Positions 1 through 10,193 are shown, numbered from the stretch's first letter. The stretch: DNA of 64,000 nucleotides from Candidatus Aminicenantes bacterium (GCA_029938635.1 JAOZUQ010000003.1:34786-98785); one strand, 5' to 3'. Notes: a model not told the origin generated them from the sequence alone. Program-made: numbers and translations.

Positions 1-231
1 TATTAATTCATCTACTGCCTCTTTGTCCTGAACAGATGCGAAAGATAAAGCTGCATATTTTCTATAAAGCGGATTTTTGTTTTTGAAGTAAGGAAAAAGG
101 CCCTTACTATCCCTGTGATCCTGTAATGTATAAATCTCCCTTAACGCTTTATCCTGAAATATATTCTTTTCCTTGTTCCCCGTGCAGGATAATAAAAGTA
201 ATAATGCAATAATAACAGTGAAAATTCTCAT
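1..231 (-). CDS. Partial lipoprotein, HEAT-repeat-like (C-terminus lies beyond the window edge)
   Basis: Not in the ORF track because it runs off the window. Reverse-strand ATG at 231 follows GGAGAT. It translates MRIFTVIIALLLLLSCTGNKEK (signal peptide plus LLSC lipobox), then ...YRKYAALSFASVQDKEAVDELI, which resembles a HEAT/PBS-lyase repeat. Confidence 0.45.
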   Translation of the reverse strand, partial: MRIFTVIIALLLLLSCTGNKEKNIFQDKALREIYTLQDHRDSKGLFPYFKNKNPLYRKYAALSFASVQDKEAVDELI

Positions 232-445
232 TATATCTCCTTTTTTTATTATACTCGATTTAAAAAAAAATGCATTTGAATGTAAAAAAAGAGAAAAAAC
301 CTCTGTACGGGAAGAATTTTCGCCATAAAGATATCGATACTATTATAAAGGAAATAAAAGTATAAAAAAAAGTGTCAGGAAATGGTATTATACTTTTTTC
401 AGATAACAAAGGGTTAGATTTATCAAATTTTTTAAAGGAGTAATT

Positions 446-1954
446 ATGATGATAGGACCGAAAAAGCTAGTAATTCTTACAATTGCTGTTGTTCTCGTAT
501 TACTTTGTATGTTTTCAGCCAACTGCAGCAAAAAAAAAAATACAGAGAATTATAATGTTGTTTTAATAGTATCGGATGCACTTAGAAGTGATGTTTTGGG
601 TTGTTATGGCGGCGATGCTTCCACTCCGAATATTGACTGGCTTGCAAAGAGAGGTGTACTTTTTGAGAATGCTTACAGCACTGCCCCAAGTACCTTGCCC
701 TCCTCCGTATCTATGTTTACCGGCAATTATGCCGGATCATATGGGATGATAGCTAAGGAAAGCCATAGAAATAAAAAAAGGAATAGGATTGCTTTTTATG
801 TGAATGATAGCGAAACTTTGCTTGCGGAGGTTTTAAAAGATAGATCATACGATGTGCTAATGGAATTGGAGAATCAGATAGCCGGTCTGTCGAATAATTT
901 GCAGGGTTTTAATAGATTGAGAAAGATCAGCAGGGAGAATAAAGCCGGAATTAATTTAGTTGAAAATATCACCGGTATAAGATCCCATCACCCTCGAAGA
1001 ACGGGGAAATCCGGATCAAAACCTATTTATAATCGTATGTACACTTTTCTCCACTATTTATTAACTGTGCCCAGAGAACAGAATTTTTTTGTAATGAAAT
1101 GGATTATGGATCCTCACGGGCCTTATAATCCTCTAGAGAAGTTTAAGAAAAAGATAACCTTTGATCCCACTATCCTGCCCAGGGATGAGAGTTTTTACAC
1201 TAGTGCTATAAAAGTTTTTAAAAAGCTTGCCAGTAAAAATATGCTATTAAAAACAGAGATTGAATATATTAAATCTCTATACAAAGCTGAAGTCGAGTCT
1301 GTAGACGAACGGATTGGTTATATTATAAAAGCCCTGAAACATCGCGACTTATTGGATAACACCATTATCGTGTTTACTTCCGATCATGGTGAGTTATTCG
1401 GTGAACATGGACTTCTGGGGCACGGACAAAATCATTATGAACAATTACTCCATGTGCCATTGATTTTTGCCGGGCCGGGTATTCCGAAAGGTAAAAGGGA
1501 AAAAAATATTATTTCCAATTTGGATCTGATGCCGACATTAAAAGATTTGCTGGATATAGAATATGACCACAATATGAAGGGGAAAAGTTACAATGCTTTG
1601 TTTTCCGGTGGAAAGATCCCTGACAGGATACAATTTTTTGACAAAGCTACAAATATAATTGAAGAAGCAATGAAATCTGCACTTTTGATGGATGGCTACA
1701 AGTTAGTGGTGTCCAAAATGAAATCCAGTTATAGTTATGTATTATTCGATCTTACCAACGACCCCTCCGAATTAAAAAATGTATCATTGGAAAATCAGAC
1801 TATTGTGAAAAAAATGTTAAAAAAGTTTATGGAATTTAGAAAGGAGATACGCATCCGCCTGAAAAAAAATATAAAAAAAATTAAAAAAAATATAAATTTT
1901 GATGAAAAATGGCTGGAAGCTAAGAAGGAATTAAAAACCCTGGGATATTTATAG
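446..1954 (+). CDS. Sulfatase-fold (alkaline phosphatase superfamily) lipoprotein; nucleophile position is Thr, not Cys/Ser-xPxR
   Basis: 502 aa with GGAG 5 nt upstream of the ATG. Signal peptide ends in FSANC. Metal-site motifs VSDALRSD and FTSDHGE..GHG are present. The sulfatase signature position reads T-L-P-S-S...FTG. Lys-rich C-terminal tail. Confidence 0.8.
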   Translation: MMIGPKKLVILTIAVVLVLLCMFSANCSKKKNTENYNVVLIVSDALRSDVLGCYGGDASTPNIDWLAKRGVLFENAYSTAPSTLPSSVSMFTGNYAGSYGMIAKESHRNKKRNRIAFYVNDSETLLAEVLKDRSYDVLMELENQIAGLSNNLQGFNRLRKISRENKAGINLVENITGIRSHHPRRTGKSGSKPIYNRMYTFLHYLLTVPREQNFFVMKWIMDPHGPYNPLEKFKKKITFDPTILPRDESFYTSAIKVFKKLASKNMLLKTEIEYIKSLYKAEVESVDERIGYIIKALKHRDLLDNTIIVFTSDHGELFGEHGLLGHGQNHYEQLLHVPLIFAGPGIPKGKREKNIISNLDLMPTLKDLLDIEYDHNMKGKSYNALFSGGKIPDRIQFFDKATNIIEEAMKSALLMDGYKLVVSKMKSSYSYVLFDLTNDPSELKNVSLENQTIVKKMLKKFMEFRKEIRIRLKKNIKKIKKNINFDEKWLEAKKELKTLGYL

Positions 1955-2011
1955 TTTTCAACATCTGACCAACCCGGCTGACAATCTAATGATTTAAATA
2001 TTCACTAAATA

Positions 2012-4222
2012 TTAAAACGGTATCACCCTGATATTGATTCCACCCTCTAGACAATAACAAAAGTTAAAATTTAGTGTGTAATAATACCTGACACCTCTTC
2101 TTTTATATTTAAGATGTTCTAAAGTTACCAATTTTTCCAATCCTTTTCGGACAGCTATTTCTTCAGGATGCCTGTCAAAATTAATAAGATTTAGATCCCC
2201 TCGATTGGAATGCCCATAAAGATAAAGATCTATTTTCTTCAGCTCTTTTATTGAAGAGATTGTTAAAGCAACACTTGAGCTGTTTGTTTTACGGATAACA
2301 TACTCACTCATAATATCCGATTTTGGGTATGGATTTCCATGAACAAGAAATGATACTCCCCTTTCAGTCCTGACTTTCACAGGATTAAAAAGTGCAACCC
2401 TCGGGAATAGGGAAAAAATAACAAATAGAAATGTAAATACGATGAATTGAAGACCCACAGGCTTTTTGAGTTCGGCTCTCCTTAGTGATAATGATATAAA
2501 TACAATTACCATAATCAAAAATATAAGATTGGGAAGATGCGAAAAGTTTCCTTCCACTTTTACAAAAGACGGGAGTATTGAAGAGAGATCGATGTTAATA
2601 TTACCCAGCTTCTGAAAGATCAGTCCACCCCTGGCCAGATAGTTGTGAGTTGTACTCTGATACAGGGTAAATGGGTTGAATATCTGGAATATAATTATGA
2701 AAGTAGAATAAAAGGGTATAAGAATAAATAATTTTTTAAATATCTTGTTTTTGCTCTCAATATAATAAATTATTACAAACAGCATAAGTGTCCATGCTAC
2801 GGGAAGAAGGTATCTGGCCTGGGGGCAATATCCGGGGCGGACAGTTGAATATCCATGATAGAGAATGTAAACAAAAGAGGCAATTGAAATTATAAGATGA
2901 GGATAATATCTCCTGAAATTTTTAAGTGCAAGGATCAACCCGGGGAAAAAGAACAAGTATATAGGGCTATACAGAATCAGTCCATCCCGTTGATCAAAGA
3001 AATAATCAAATAATGTTTCAATTCTGTTCTGAATTTTAATACTTTTCATACCCTCCAGATATTCAATTCTCTGGGATTCGGTTAGGACTCCTGTATAAAC
3101 CGACATCGGTGAAAGACTGCCATATGCAAAGTATAAATATACAAAGAAGGCCAGAATAAATGCAGCAGGAAAAACAGCAAATAACAACCCCGATCTCACA
3201 TCCCTTTCACGAATCTTCTTTATGAAAAAGAATAATGAAAATAATGAAATAAATATGAGATATTTCATTCCCCAGAATATTGTCATTCCGAGAAGGAAGC
3301 CTGCAAGAAGTATATCTTTTCTTCTGATATTATCTTTAAATAGTGAGAACCATATCGACAAAAGTATCAAAAGCAATACCTGCAATTCAGCAAAAATATG
3401 GAAAGAATAGAAAAAAACAGGTGCAGTGAACAAAAAAACAAAAAATATGTATAAAGATAATTTTTCTCTTCTCCATATTTTTAAAGACAACATATATACC
3501 AAAACTCCAAGCGAGGCTGCAAATAATCCAAGATATATCCTGATAAGAAAATAGAGTAGCGGAATGGGTATCTTCAGGAAAAAGAAAGGGATAAGAGTAA
3601 ATGATAATCCGGGGAGATGGAAAGAATACCATTTTTTAAATCCCTTTCCTACTTTAGAATGATGGGTTAACCTGTAGTTTATAAATTCTCTATATTCGTC
3701 TCTGGCATATTGATTGAAAACATTCAGGTCTCCATCCTTTGCCAGAGATTGAGATATGGCAAGATAGTGAGGTTCATCACCTGCCAGCTCCACCCCTTTT
3801 AACACAATAACAGCAGAAGCCATAATAAAGATCATCTGTGATAAGAGAAATAGTATTACCAACCTGGTGCGGAGACTTTTCCCGTTAAAAAAACCGATAA
3901 GTTTTCCAACGATCCTGTTCTTTTTGAAGATCGTATATATTGAAAAAAATAGAGTTATCAACAACAGGTTCCCGACTCTTACTTTAAAATCCGGCAGATC
4001 CCAATAAAACAAATTCATTACAAATATTAATAGCCCGGAAATAAAAGGGAAGAAATATTTGACAGATCGGAACTTTCGTCTTTTTTTAGAGAGAATTGAA
4101 TTACAAAAAGCAATAAACGGGACAAACAATAGAGGAGACCAGAATGGATAATTCAGGAAGAATTTTACAAAACCGGAAAAGGTTAAGATAATCAGAAACC
4201 ATTCGCTCCTGCTGAATTTCAT
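2012..4222 (-). CDS. Large polytopic membrane protein, putative GT-C (ArnT/PMT-like) glycosyltransferase
   Basis: 736 aa with more than 12 hydrophobic segments. The loop motif GDEPHYLAISQSLAKDGD resembles the DE-containing first periplasmic loop of GT-C enzymes. C-terminal soluble domain of about 130 aa. Confidence 0.5.
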   Translation of the reverse strand: MKFSRSEWFLIILTFSGFVKFFLNYPFWSPLLFVPFIAFCNSILSKKRRKFRSVKYFFPFISGLLIFVMNLFYWDLPDFKVRVGNLLLITLFFSIYTIFKKNRIVGKLIGFFNGKSLRTRLVILFLLSQMIFIMASAVIVLKGVELAGDEPHYLAISQSLAKDGDLNVFNQYARDEYREFINYRLTHHSKVGKGFKKWYSFHLPGLSFTLIPFFFLKIPIPLLYFLIRIYLGLFAASLGVLVYMLSLKIWRREKLSLYIFFVFLFTAPVFFYSFHIFAELQVLLLILLSIWFSLFKDNIRRKDILLAGFLLGMTIFWGMKYLIFISLFSLFFFIKKIRERDVRSGLLFAVFPAAFILAFFVYLYFAYGSLSPMSVYTGVLTESQRIEYLEGMKSIKIQNRIETLFDYFFDQRDGLILYSPIYLFFFPGLILALKNFRRYYPHLIISIASFVYILYHGYSTVRPGYCPQARYLLPVAWTLMLFVIIYYIESKNKIFKKLFILIPFYSTFIIIFQIFNPFTLYQSTTHNYLARGGLIFQKLGNINIDLSSILPSFVKVEGNFSHLPNLIFLIMVIVFISLSLRRAELKKPVGLQFIVFTFLFVIFSLFPRVALFNPVKVRTERGVSFLVHGNPYPKSDIMSEYVIRKTNSSSVALTISSIKELKKIDLYLYGHSNRGDLNLINFDRHPEEIAVRKGLEKLVTLEHLKYKRRGVRYYYTLNFNFCYCLEGGINIRVIPF

Positions 4223-4345
4223 TTTTCGATTATTGCATAACTACTTTTCTTCTACAACTATAAGCAGGATATTTATTTCAGTTAAAATAAAAATGGACAA
4301 ATAGTTTAATAAATTTCATTATATTCATGAAATGAGTTTAATGAA

Positions 4346-5968
4346 ATGAAGAGCCCAACGAAGATCTGGATAAGCCGTATTTTTGTTTATCTCTCTATCA
4401 TTATAATATTATTCATTTTTTCCCTCCATTATTATGTGAAAATTAACAGCTCTGAAATTTTCGAATCATATATAAACAGCCTCTTGAATAAAAAAGGAAA
4501 TATTTACAAAATTGATCATAATCAGGTTGATATTGATCTTTTAGGAAAACAGATAATATTAAAAAATATAGAGATATCATTTGACCGGGAACAATTGAAA
4601 AGTTCAGGTATTAATCAGAATTTTCTTTTTAATGCAAAAATCCCTTATCTTTCTATCACAGGGATCTCTTATTTCGATCTTATTTTGTTCAGAAAGATCA
4701 ATGTTGATAGAATACACTTAAAAATGGGTAATTTGAGATTGTATAATCTTCATGGAGCACCCGGTAAAGGAGAAACTTCAAAAAAACAAAAAAGGATCTC
4801 ATCTATCTCACTTGGCAGGATTACTATTGAAGATACAGATGTTGAATTTTATACTCAATTTAACTCTTCTCCGAAAATCGGAGTGGAAAATATTTTAGTA
4901 GATTCAGGAAAAATTGTGTATGATCCTGAAAAAACACCTGGAGAGAACTTTAGCAAAGGAGCTCCCGATTTAACATTTACTACCGGGAACTCCTTTTTTG
5001 TTTTTAAAAGAACCGGATATAAAGCAGAGACAGAGAGTATCAGGCTCACCACTTCAAGCTCCTCGATATCACTTAAAAACTTCAAATATGCCCCATCAAC
5101 AGAGAAAATCAGAAAGAGAATTACATCCTCAAAGGGGAGCTTTCATCGCTTCAACATTTCTGAGATAAATTTGAAAAACATTGATCTTGATGAATTAAAA
5201 GTGAATAAGAGAATTCGAGCAAGTGAATTGTATATAAAAACACCGGAAATATACGTTTTAAGAAACCGTAATATAATAAGGAAATCTAAGAAAAGGGAAA
5301 AAAGACTTCCCCAACAGATATTTCGTGAATCCAACCTTAAAGTTGAGTTGAAACTAATAAGGCTGAATAATGGAGTTATCAAATATTCCGAAATAGCTCC
5401 CGGAGAAAGAATAGCTGAATCAATATTTTTCACAGAGGTCGAATCCTCTTTGAGTGACATCACAAATTTTCCTGAAATTTTGAAGACCGGAAAAGAGTCT
5501 TTTTTAGCAATTTCGGCTAAGTTAATGGGAAAGAGTACTTTGAAAGGGAAGATCGCTATTCCCATTAATAACAAAGAAAACAGATTTTCATTCTCAGGAT
5601 CTCTGGAGAAAACAAATGCACATATATTCAATAATTTCCTGAAGAGAAATATCAGGGTTCGCATTAATAGTGGTGAAATCAGCCATATGGACTTCGCTGT
5701 AAAAGCTGACGAAGGAAAAGCTTCCGGGAAATTATTGCTTGCATACAGGAACCTGAAAGTAACATTATTAAGGAAACATGATCCCGCAAGGAAAAGCAGG
5801 TTCAGGACTTTCCTGGCTAATACTCTTATTTATAGAAACAACCCGACTAAGAAGTGGAGAAAGATACGGACTGGAAAGATCTCTTATGAAAGAAAATTTA
5901 AGGGATCAATATTTAATTATATGTGGAAATGTATCCTGAAAGGGATCAAATCAAGTATTAAATTATAG
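4346..5968 (+). CDS. Hypothetical membrane-anchored protein (possibly AsmA/DUF748-like)
   Basis: 540 aa with a single N-terminal TM (IWISRIFVYLSIIIILFIF) followed by a long beta-rich soluble region. I recognise no catalytic motif. Confidence 0.55.
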   Translation: MKSPTKIWISRIFVYLSIIIILFIFSLHYYVKINSSEIFESYINSLLNKKGNIYKIDHNQVDIDLLGKQIILKNIEISFDREQLKSSGINQNFLFNAKIPYLSITGISYFDLILFRKINVDRIHLKMGNLRLYNLHGAPGKGETSKKQKRISSISLGRITIEDTDVEFYTQFNSSPKIGVENILVDSGKIVYDPEKTPGENFSKGAPDLTFTTGNSFFVFKRTGYKAETESIRLTTSSSSISLKNFKYAPSTEKIRKRITSSKGSFHRFNISEINLKNIDLDELKVNKRIRASELYIKTPEIYVLRNRNIIRKSKKREKRLPQQIFRESNLKVELKLIRLNNGVIKYSEIAPGERIAESIFFTEVESSLSDITNFPEILKTGKESFLAISAKLMGKSTLKGKIAIPINNKENRFSFSGSLEKTNAHIFNNFLKRNIRVRINSGEISHMDFAVKADEGKASGKLLLAYRNLKVTLLRKHDPARKSRFRTFLANTLIYRNNPTKKWRKIRTGKISYERKFKGSIFNYMWKCILKGIKSSIKL

Positions 5969-5998
5969 CCTTGCTATGTCAGGTGCGAGTTGCTCTTC

Positions 5999-6574
5999 TC
6001 AGAGCAACTCTTCCATTATTTTTTTAGATTTCTCTAAAACTTCTTTATGCAGACTTCCTTCGTGTGAATCCATTGTTACGACAACGGGAAAATCTTCTAC
6101 TTCAATTACCCAGAAAGCCTCGGGTGAACCGAACTCTTCGAGTTTAAAAACCTTTTTTACTTTTTTTACAGAATTTGCGATCAGAGTACCTGCACCACCG
6201 ATTGCATGAAAATAGACTGCCCCGCATTTTTTCAATCCCTCTAATGTTTTTGCACCCATTCCACCTTTACCAATCACTCCTCTTACATTATATTCACATA
6301 CTACAGTTGACTGATATGGTTCCTCTCTGGCTGATGTTGTAGGCCCGGCAGAAACAAAACTCCATTCTCCGCTTTCATTCTGTTTTACAACGGGGCCGCA
6401 ATGGTAAATTACAGACTCTTTCAGGTATTCTCTGATAAATTCAGGTTTCTCATCCACCATTAGTTTATGTGCTTCATCCCTGGCAGTTACTATAGTGCCG
6501 GAGAGTAATACTTCGTCTCCAACCTTTAAGCTTCTGATATCTTCTTCCGAGATTGGAATTTGTAATTTAATCAT
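5999..6574 (-). CDS. Class I (Fe-S) fumarate hydratase / tartrate dehydratase family, beta subunit
   Basis: Family-typical N-terminus MIKLQIPISEEDIRSLKVGDEVLLSGTIVTARD plus GPTTS and IGKGGM motifs. Start moved to the ATG at 6574, which has GGGGAGG 6 nt upstream. The track start at 6589 lies inside that SD. Confidence 0.9.
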   Translation of the reverse strand: MIKLQIPISEEDIRSLKVGDEVLLSGTIVTARDEAHKLMVDEKPEFIREYLKESVIYHCGPVVKQNESGEWSFVSAGPTTSAREEPYQSTVVCEYNVRGVIGKGGMGAKTLEGLKKCGAVYFHAIGGAGTLIANSVKKVKKVFKLEEFGSPEAFWVIEVEDFPVVVTMDSHEGSLHKEVLEKSKKIMEELL

Positions 6575-7433
6575 AAATAACCTCCCCATTTTTCAAGACC
6601 ATAGTTTTCCTTCTAAAGGCCCAGCACATATATGAGATAGCCACGAAAAATGTAGCAGGATGCCTGGCTTGTGATGAAATGAATACATCCAGAACAGTAG
6701 TTTTACCACCGAATCCCATTGGACCGATCTGAAGTTTGTTTAAAGTTTCATTCAGGTCTTTCTCCAATTTGGCGATTTCAGGATCAGCACTCCGCTCACC
6801 TATCTTCCTGAAAAATTGAACTTTGGACAAAGCATATGAAGTAATTCTGTCACCGCCAATACCGATTCCAAGAGTTCCGGGAGCACAACCCAGTCCCTGT
6901 GCATTTACTACTGCATCAATTACTACTTTCCTGACCCCTGCAAGGTCTCTTCCGGCTTTCAAAGGCGGAAAGGGAAGTTTATATTGTGTGCCGACATTCT
7001 CACTTCCTCCACCTTTAAGCATAACCCTGATTCTGACCTCATCTTTATCCCATTGATGGAAATGTATATATGGAGCGTTCACTCCAATATTATTTCCCGA
7101 GTTTTTGGATGTCACCGGATCTACCGCATTGGGCCTCAGGTATTGTTTTTTTGTTGCTTCAATTGCTGCTCCTTCTATTGCTTCGGAATATTTCTTCTCT
7201 GATTCTCCTTCAGGGAAATCAATATAAAATAATAATGATCCCGTATCCTGACAAATTGGAGTTGACTGCTCTTTAGCCATTTTGACATTTTCAAGAATAG
7301 TCTTAAAAACCCCTCTTGCAGGAGTACCTTCATCTTCATTTTCATAAGCTTCAGAAAGTGACTTGACCACATCTTCAGAAAGATCGGTGGAAGCTCTCCT
7401 GATAAGCTCGAGGATTGAATCCTTTAAGTCCAT
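6567..7433 (-). CDS. Class I (Fe-S) fumarate hydratase / tartrate dehydratase family, alpha subunit
   Basis: 288 aa with CQDTG, MLKGGGSEN and GIGIGG motifs typical of the Fe-S hydro-lyase alpha region. Overlaps the beta subunit start by 8 nt. Confidence 0.9.
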   Translation of the reverse strand: MDLKDSILELIRRASTDLSEDVVKSLSEAYENEDEGTPARGVFKTILENVKMAKEQSTPICQDTGSLLFYIDFPEGESEKKYSEAIEGAAIEATKKQYLRPNAVDPVTSKNSGNNIGVNAPYIHFHQWDKDEVRIRVMLKGGGSENVGTQYKLPFPPLKAGRDLAGVRKVVIDAVVNAQGLGCAPGTLGIGIGGDRITSYALSKVQFFRKIGERSADPEIAKLEKDLNETLNKLQIGPMGFGGKTTVLDVFISSQARHPATFFVAISYMCWAFRRKTMVLKNGEVIYD

Positions 7434-7548
7434 ATTTTTCTCCTTTATTTCCTTATATTAAAAAAATATTTTATGCCAGCGATTTTAGTTTGTAAAGGAG
7501 GATTTGTTAAAAAATTAAATTAATATATATAACCGTTTTAAGTATATT

Positions 7549-8460
7549 TCACTGATTAAACACCGGGAAAAATGAGATCACAGGAAGGTGGTCAGAAATG
7601 TTTTCAAAATAATCTGAGATCCGGCTGTCAATTAAGAGAGTCGTAGTTGTACCCCCGGTATAATCATCAAAAAGTGACCTTGAAATCAGGATATGATCGA
7701 TCAGTGAGCCCCATGAAGGATACGAGGAATAAATGGGGTCATCAGCTATCTCCAGGGTAAGGAACTTATAGGATTCGGGATCATTCAGCAGAAGGGTAAA
7801 ACAATTCTCAGAAAGACCGTCAGTCAATTCATCATTCCAGTCACCGGCAATAATATAATCCTTCTCATCATCTACTTTTATTCTTGAATCCATATACTCC
7901 TTTAAAAGTCTTACAGCACCCCTCCTCCTGTCAAGTTCCTCTGCTCCCTGAAAAGCTTTCAGATGAATAACGATGAGGTAGAACTCATTTGAAAACTCTC
8001 CTTTCACAAGCCTGAGCTTTACTATTAATGGAGGCCTTGGGAATTCATATGCTCTTTCTTCATAGATCTGATCTTTGGATAGAACGGTGATCATATTTTT
8101 TCTGTAAATGATCCCTGTCTTCTGATAGCTGGTCCCATATGTATCATCTGAATATAAACCATCATATTCACTCAGATCATTTATGAGATTATCAAAGAAC
8201 CACGTGTCTGCTATTTCCTGAACTGCATAGAGATCCACATCCAGATTTTCAATGATCAGTTTATATGATTCAACCGATTTGTTCCCGTTATCAGGAAAAT
8301 TATGCATATTCCAGGTAACAAGTTCAAATGAATCTTCAACTCCAACCTTCTCGAGTGAGTGAGTTATTTCATCTTCATTATCGATTTCTGCAGGAGTTTT
8401 ACATCCGGAACTCAATAATAAGAGAGAGATAAGTAAAAGAAAAATTGAAGTTTTAAGCAT
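7549..8460 (-). CDS. Endonuclease/exonuclease/phosphatase (EEP) family lipoprotein
   Basis: 303 aa with signal peptide plus LLSSGC lipobox. Motifs TWNMHNF, QEI, GDWND and the terminal SDHLPV signature. Confidence 0.8.
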   Translation of the reverse strand: MLKTSIFLLLISLLLLSSGCKTPAEIDNEDEITHSLEKVGVEDSFELVTWNMHNFPDNGNKSVESYKLIIENLDVDLYAVQEIADTWFFDNLINDLSEYDGLYSDDTYGTSYQKTGIIYRKNMITVLSKDQIYEERAYEFPRPPLIVKLRLVKGEFSNEFYLIVIHLKAFQGAEELDRRRGAVRLLKEYMDSRIKVDDEKDYIIAGDWNDELTDGLSENCFTLLLNDPESYKFLTLEIADDPIYSSYPSWGSLIDHILISRSLFDDYTGGTTTTLLIDSRISDYFENISDHLPVISFFPVFNQ

Positions 8461-8491
8461 CTGATATTTTTACCTCAACTGAGATGAATAA

Positions 8492-9181
8492 TCAAATTTT
8501 GTTTGAACTCTTCAGTATTATCCTCATACCTTCTTTCACACTCAGTGGAGACAATTCCGTGTCAGCTATGAACTCAGAGACAGAATCCGGAGATGTTTTT
8601 GAATATTCCCTTAACGCCCACCCTATAGCTTTCCGAATAAAAAACTCTTCCCTTTCAGATAACTCCTTTATAAGTGATAACAACAATTTCTCATCTGTTC
8701 CATTCCTATATTTCAATTGAAAAAGGAGAGAAGTCCTCTGCAGCCACATATTTCCCGAACTCATCCATTTTCCGGTAATTTCAGGGATGATATTTCTACT
8801 CCCTGCCAGAACTGGGCCAACCAGATTGGAAGCAATGGCATCGACAGTATCCCACCACGATTTGTTAACGATCAGAAACTCGAATAATGGAATATGATCT
8901 TTATCAAGTTGCCTGATTTTCTTTTCCAGCAGAAAGATCGTGAAATACTGGTACTCCCTTTGCGGCATCTCCCACAATTCTTTTACAATATCTTCTATCT
9001 CCCCGGTTTCAGGTAGTCCGTTGGCCTTGAAAAATTCCTTATAGATCTCTTTTCTCGGAACTGAAGTTATTCCGAAGAACTCAAACTTCTCCCTCATATA
9101 TTTTTTCATCGGAACAGCCCTGATCGGATCAGCATGCCTGAGATACAATTCCTCTAATTTGTTCAGATAATTGTTCTTCAT
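8492..9181 (-). CDS. DNA alkylation repair protein (AlkD-like HEAT-repeat glycosylase family)
   Basis: 229 aa with FFGI, WWDTVD and IRKAIGWALREY motifs typical of the DNA_alkylation family. Confidence 0.75.
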   Translation of the reverse strand: MKNNYLNKLEELYLRHADPIRAVPMKKYMREKFEFFGITSVPRKEIYKEFFKANGLPETGEIEDIVKELWEMPQREYQYFTIFLLEKKIRQLDKDHIPLFEFLIVNKSWWDTVDAIASNLVGPVLAGSRNIIPEITGKWMSSGNMWLQRTSLLFQLKYRNGTDEKLLLSLIKELSEREEFFIRKAIGWALREYSKTSPDSVSEFIADTELSPLSVKEGMRIILKSSNKI

Positions 9182-9195
9182 ACTTTTTACTTATT

Positions 9196-9525
9196 TTATT
9201 TTGGTTTTTTTTTCTTAGGTTTTGGTAAAGGCAACTCTTCAGCCGATACTTTTATCAGCATACTGACCCAATCCCTGTTTTCGATCATTTCTTCGATCAG
9301 GAAATAGTTCTTTGCTCCAGGGTAAGGCGGTGCCTCAACCGGATCCTTAATAAACTTTCTACCTGCTTCGGTAGGTTTAACGAAAAACCGGTCATCACAG
9401 ATAAGGGCCACAATCTTTCCGTCACAATAAAGTCCGTACTCACCGAACATCATCTTATAAGTGATCTCCCCGGCCCCCTCCATCTGATCCGCAACAAACT
9501 CAACAAAATTTAAACTTGATCCCAT
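9196..9525 (-). CDS. TfoX N-terminal domain protein
   Basis: 109 aa. MFGEYGLYCDGKIVALICDDRFFVK matches the TfoX_N core. Lys-rich tail. Confidence 0.7.
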   Translation of the reverse strand: MGSSLNFVEFVADQMEGAGEITYKMMFGEYGLYCDGKIVALICDDRFFVKPTEAGRKFIKDPVEAPPYPGAKNYFLIEEMIENRDWVSMLIKVSAEELPLPKPKKKKPK

Positions 9526-9628
9526 TTTTCAACTCCTGAAACTGAGTGCTCAGTATATGATTTCCACAAAAATATTGCGAGCTATTTTCGTTAATGAACT
9601 TAAAAAACCATCCGTTTTAGTCATAAAT

Positions 9629-9967
9629 TTAGTTTGTTGCAAAGATTATAATTCCTGTAAATCCTCTGAATAAACTTATTCCTGCGATAAATGCGAAAAA
9701 CCAGTTCACTGATGGTAAATACATATAGATAACAGCCATGGCAATTGTCAGAAGTATTGATTTTATTGTATCGGTTTTATAAATGAGCTGCATATCCCTT
9801 TCATCCGGCTTGTAATCCATAAGCGTTGTAATCATTCCGATCAGGAATGGTATAAAAGAGAATATCAATCCCTTTACTACCCCGAACTCAATCATAAGAG
9901 GATATGCAATGATCCCTGATATTATTTGCATTCCGAACATCCAATAATAGTTTCCTTTTAATTTCAT
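9629..9967 (-). CDS. Small integral membrane protein (4 TM), partner of the upstream XRE regulator
   Basis: 112 aa with four hydrophobic helices. Overlaps the regulator stop by 4 nt (translational coupling). Confidence 0.65.
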   Translation of the reverse strand: MKLKGNYYWMFGMQIISGIIAYPLMIEFGVVKGLIFSFIPFLIGMITTLMDYKPDERDMQLIYKTDTIKSILLTIAMAVIYMYLPSVNWFFAFIAGISLFRGFTGIIIFATN

Positions 9968-10173
9968 TTTTCTTCTCCTTTCAATGAAAAAATTTGTTCA
10001 ACGTCTGTATTAAAAAATACAGCTAGTTTAAGTGCCGTCTGAACTGACGGAACAAATCTACTTCTCTCTATCGAATTGATGGTCTGCCTGCTCACACCTA
10101 TCTCATTTGCAAGTTCTTCCTGAGTCACATCCGCTTTCGCCCTCCAGATTTTTAAATAATTTTTTAACTCCAT
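9964..10173 (-). CDS. XRE-family helix-turn-helix transcriptional regulator
   Basis: The HTH motif VTQEELANEIGVSRQTINSIERSRFVPSVQTALKLA is present. Start moved to the ATG at 10173 (AGAGGAG 5 nt upstream); the track start at 10191 is a GTG. Confidence 0.8.
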   Translation of the reverse strand: MELKNYLKIWRAKADVTQEELANEIGVSRQTINSIERSRFVPSVQTALKLAVFFNTDVEQIFSLKGEEK

Positions 10174-10193
10174 ATTAACTCCTCTGTACACTT

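Noticed and set aside
356-397. AT-rich 10-bp inverted repeat (AAAAGTATAA ... TTATACTTTT) followed by T residues upstream of the sulfatase-like gene
   Set aside because: No plus-strand gene lies upstream for it to terminate. The stem is all A/T-rich and weak, and similar chance pairings are expected in AT-rich intergenic DNA.
530-540. Homopolymeric A11 tracts inside coding regions (530-540 in the sulfatase-like gene, 49627-49637, and the A10 at 39874-39883 on the minus strand) as phase-variation switches
   Set aside because: They encode Lys runs (KKK). Such runs are frequent throughout this AT-rich, Lys-rich proteome, often at linker or tail positions, and there is no evidence of length heterogeneity in a single sequence. 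Population data would be needed.
3222-3632. Short ORFs (62 and 81 aa) inside or antisense to the 736-aa membrane protein gene. Similar nested ORFs occur at 5143-5664, 50878-51414, 56408-56977, 62170-62565 and 63469-63903.
   Set aside because: All are embedded in longer ORFs with clear family motifs or membrane topology. They have no SD or start context and a biased composition. These are typical shadow ORFs.
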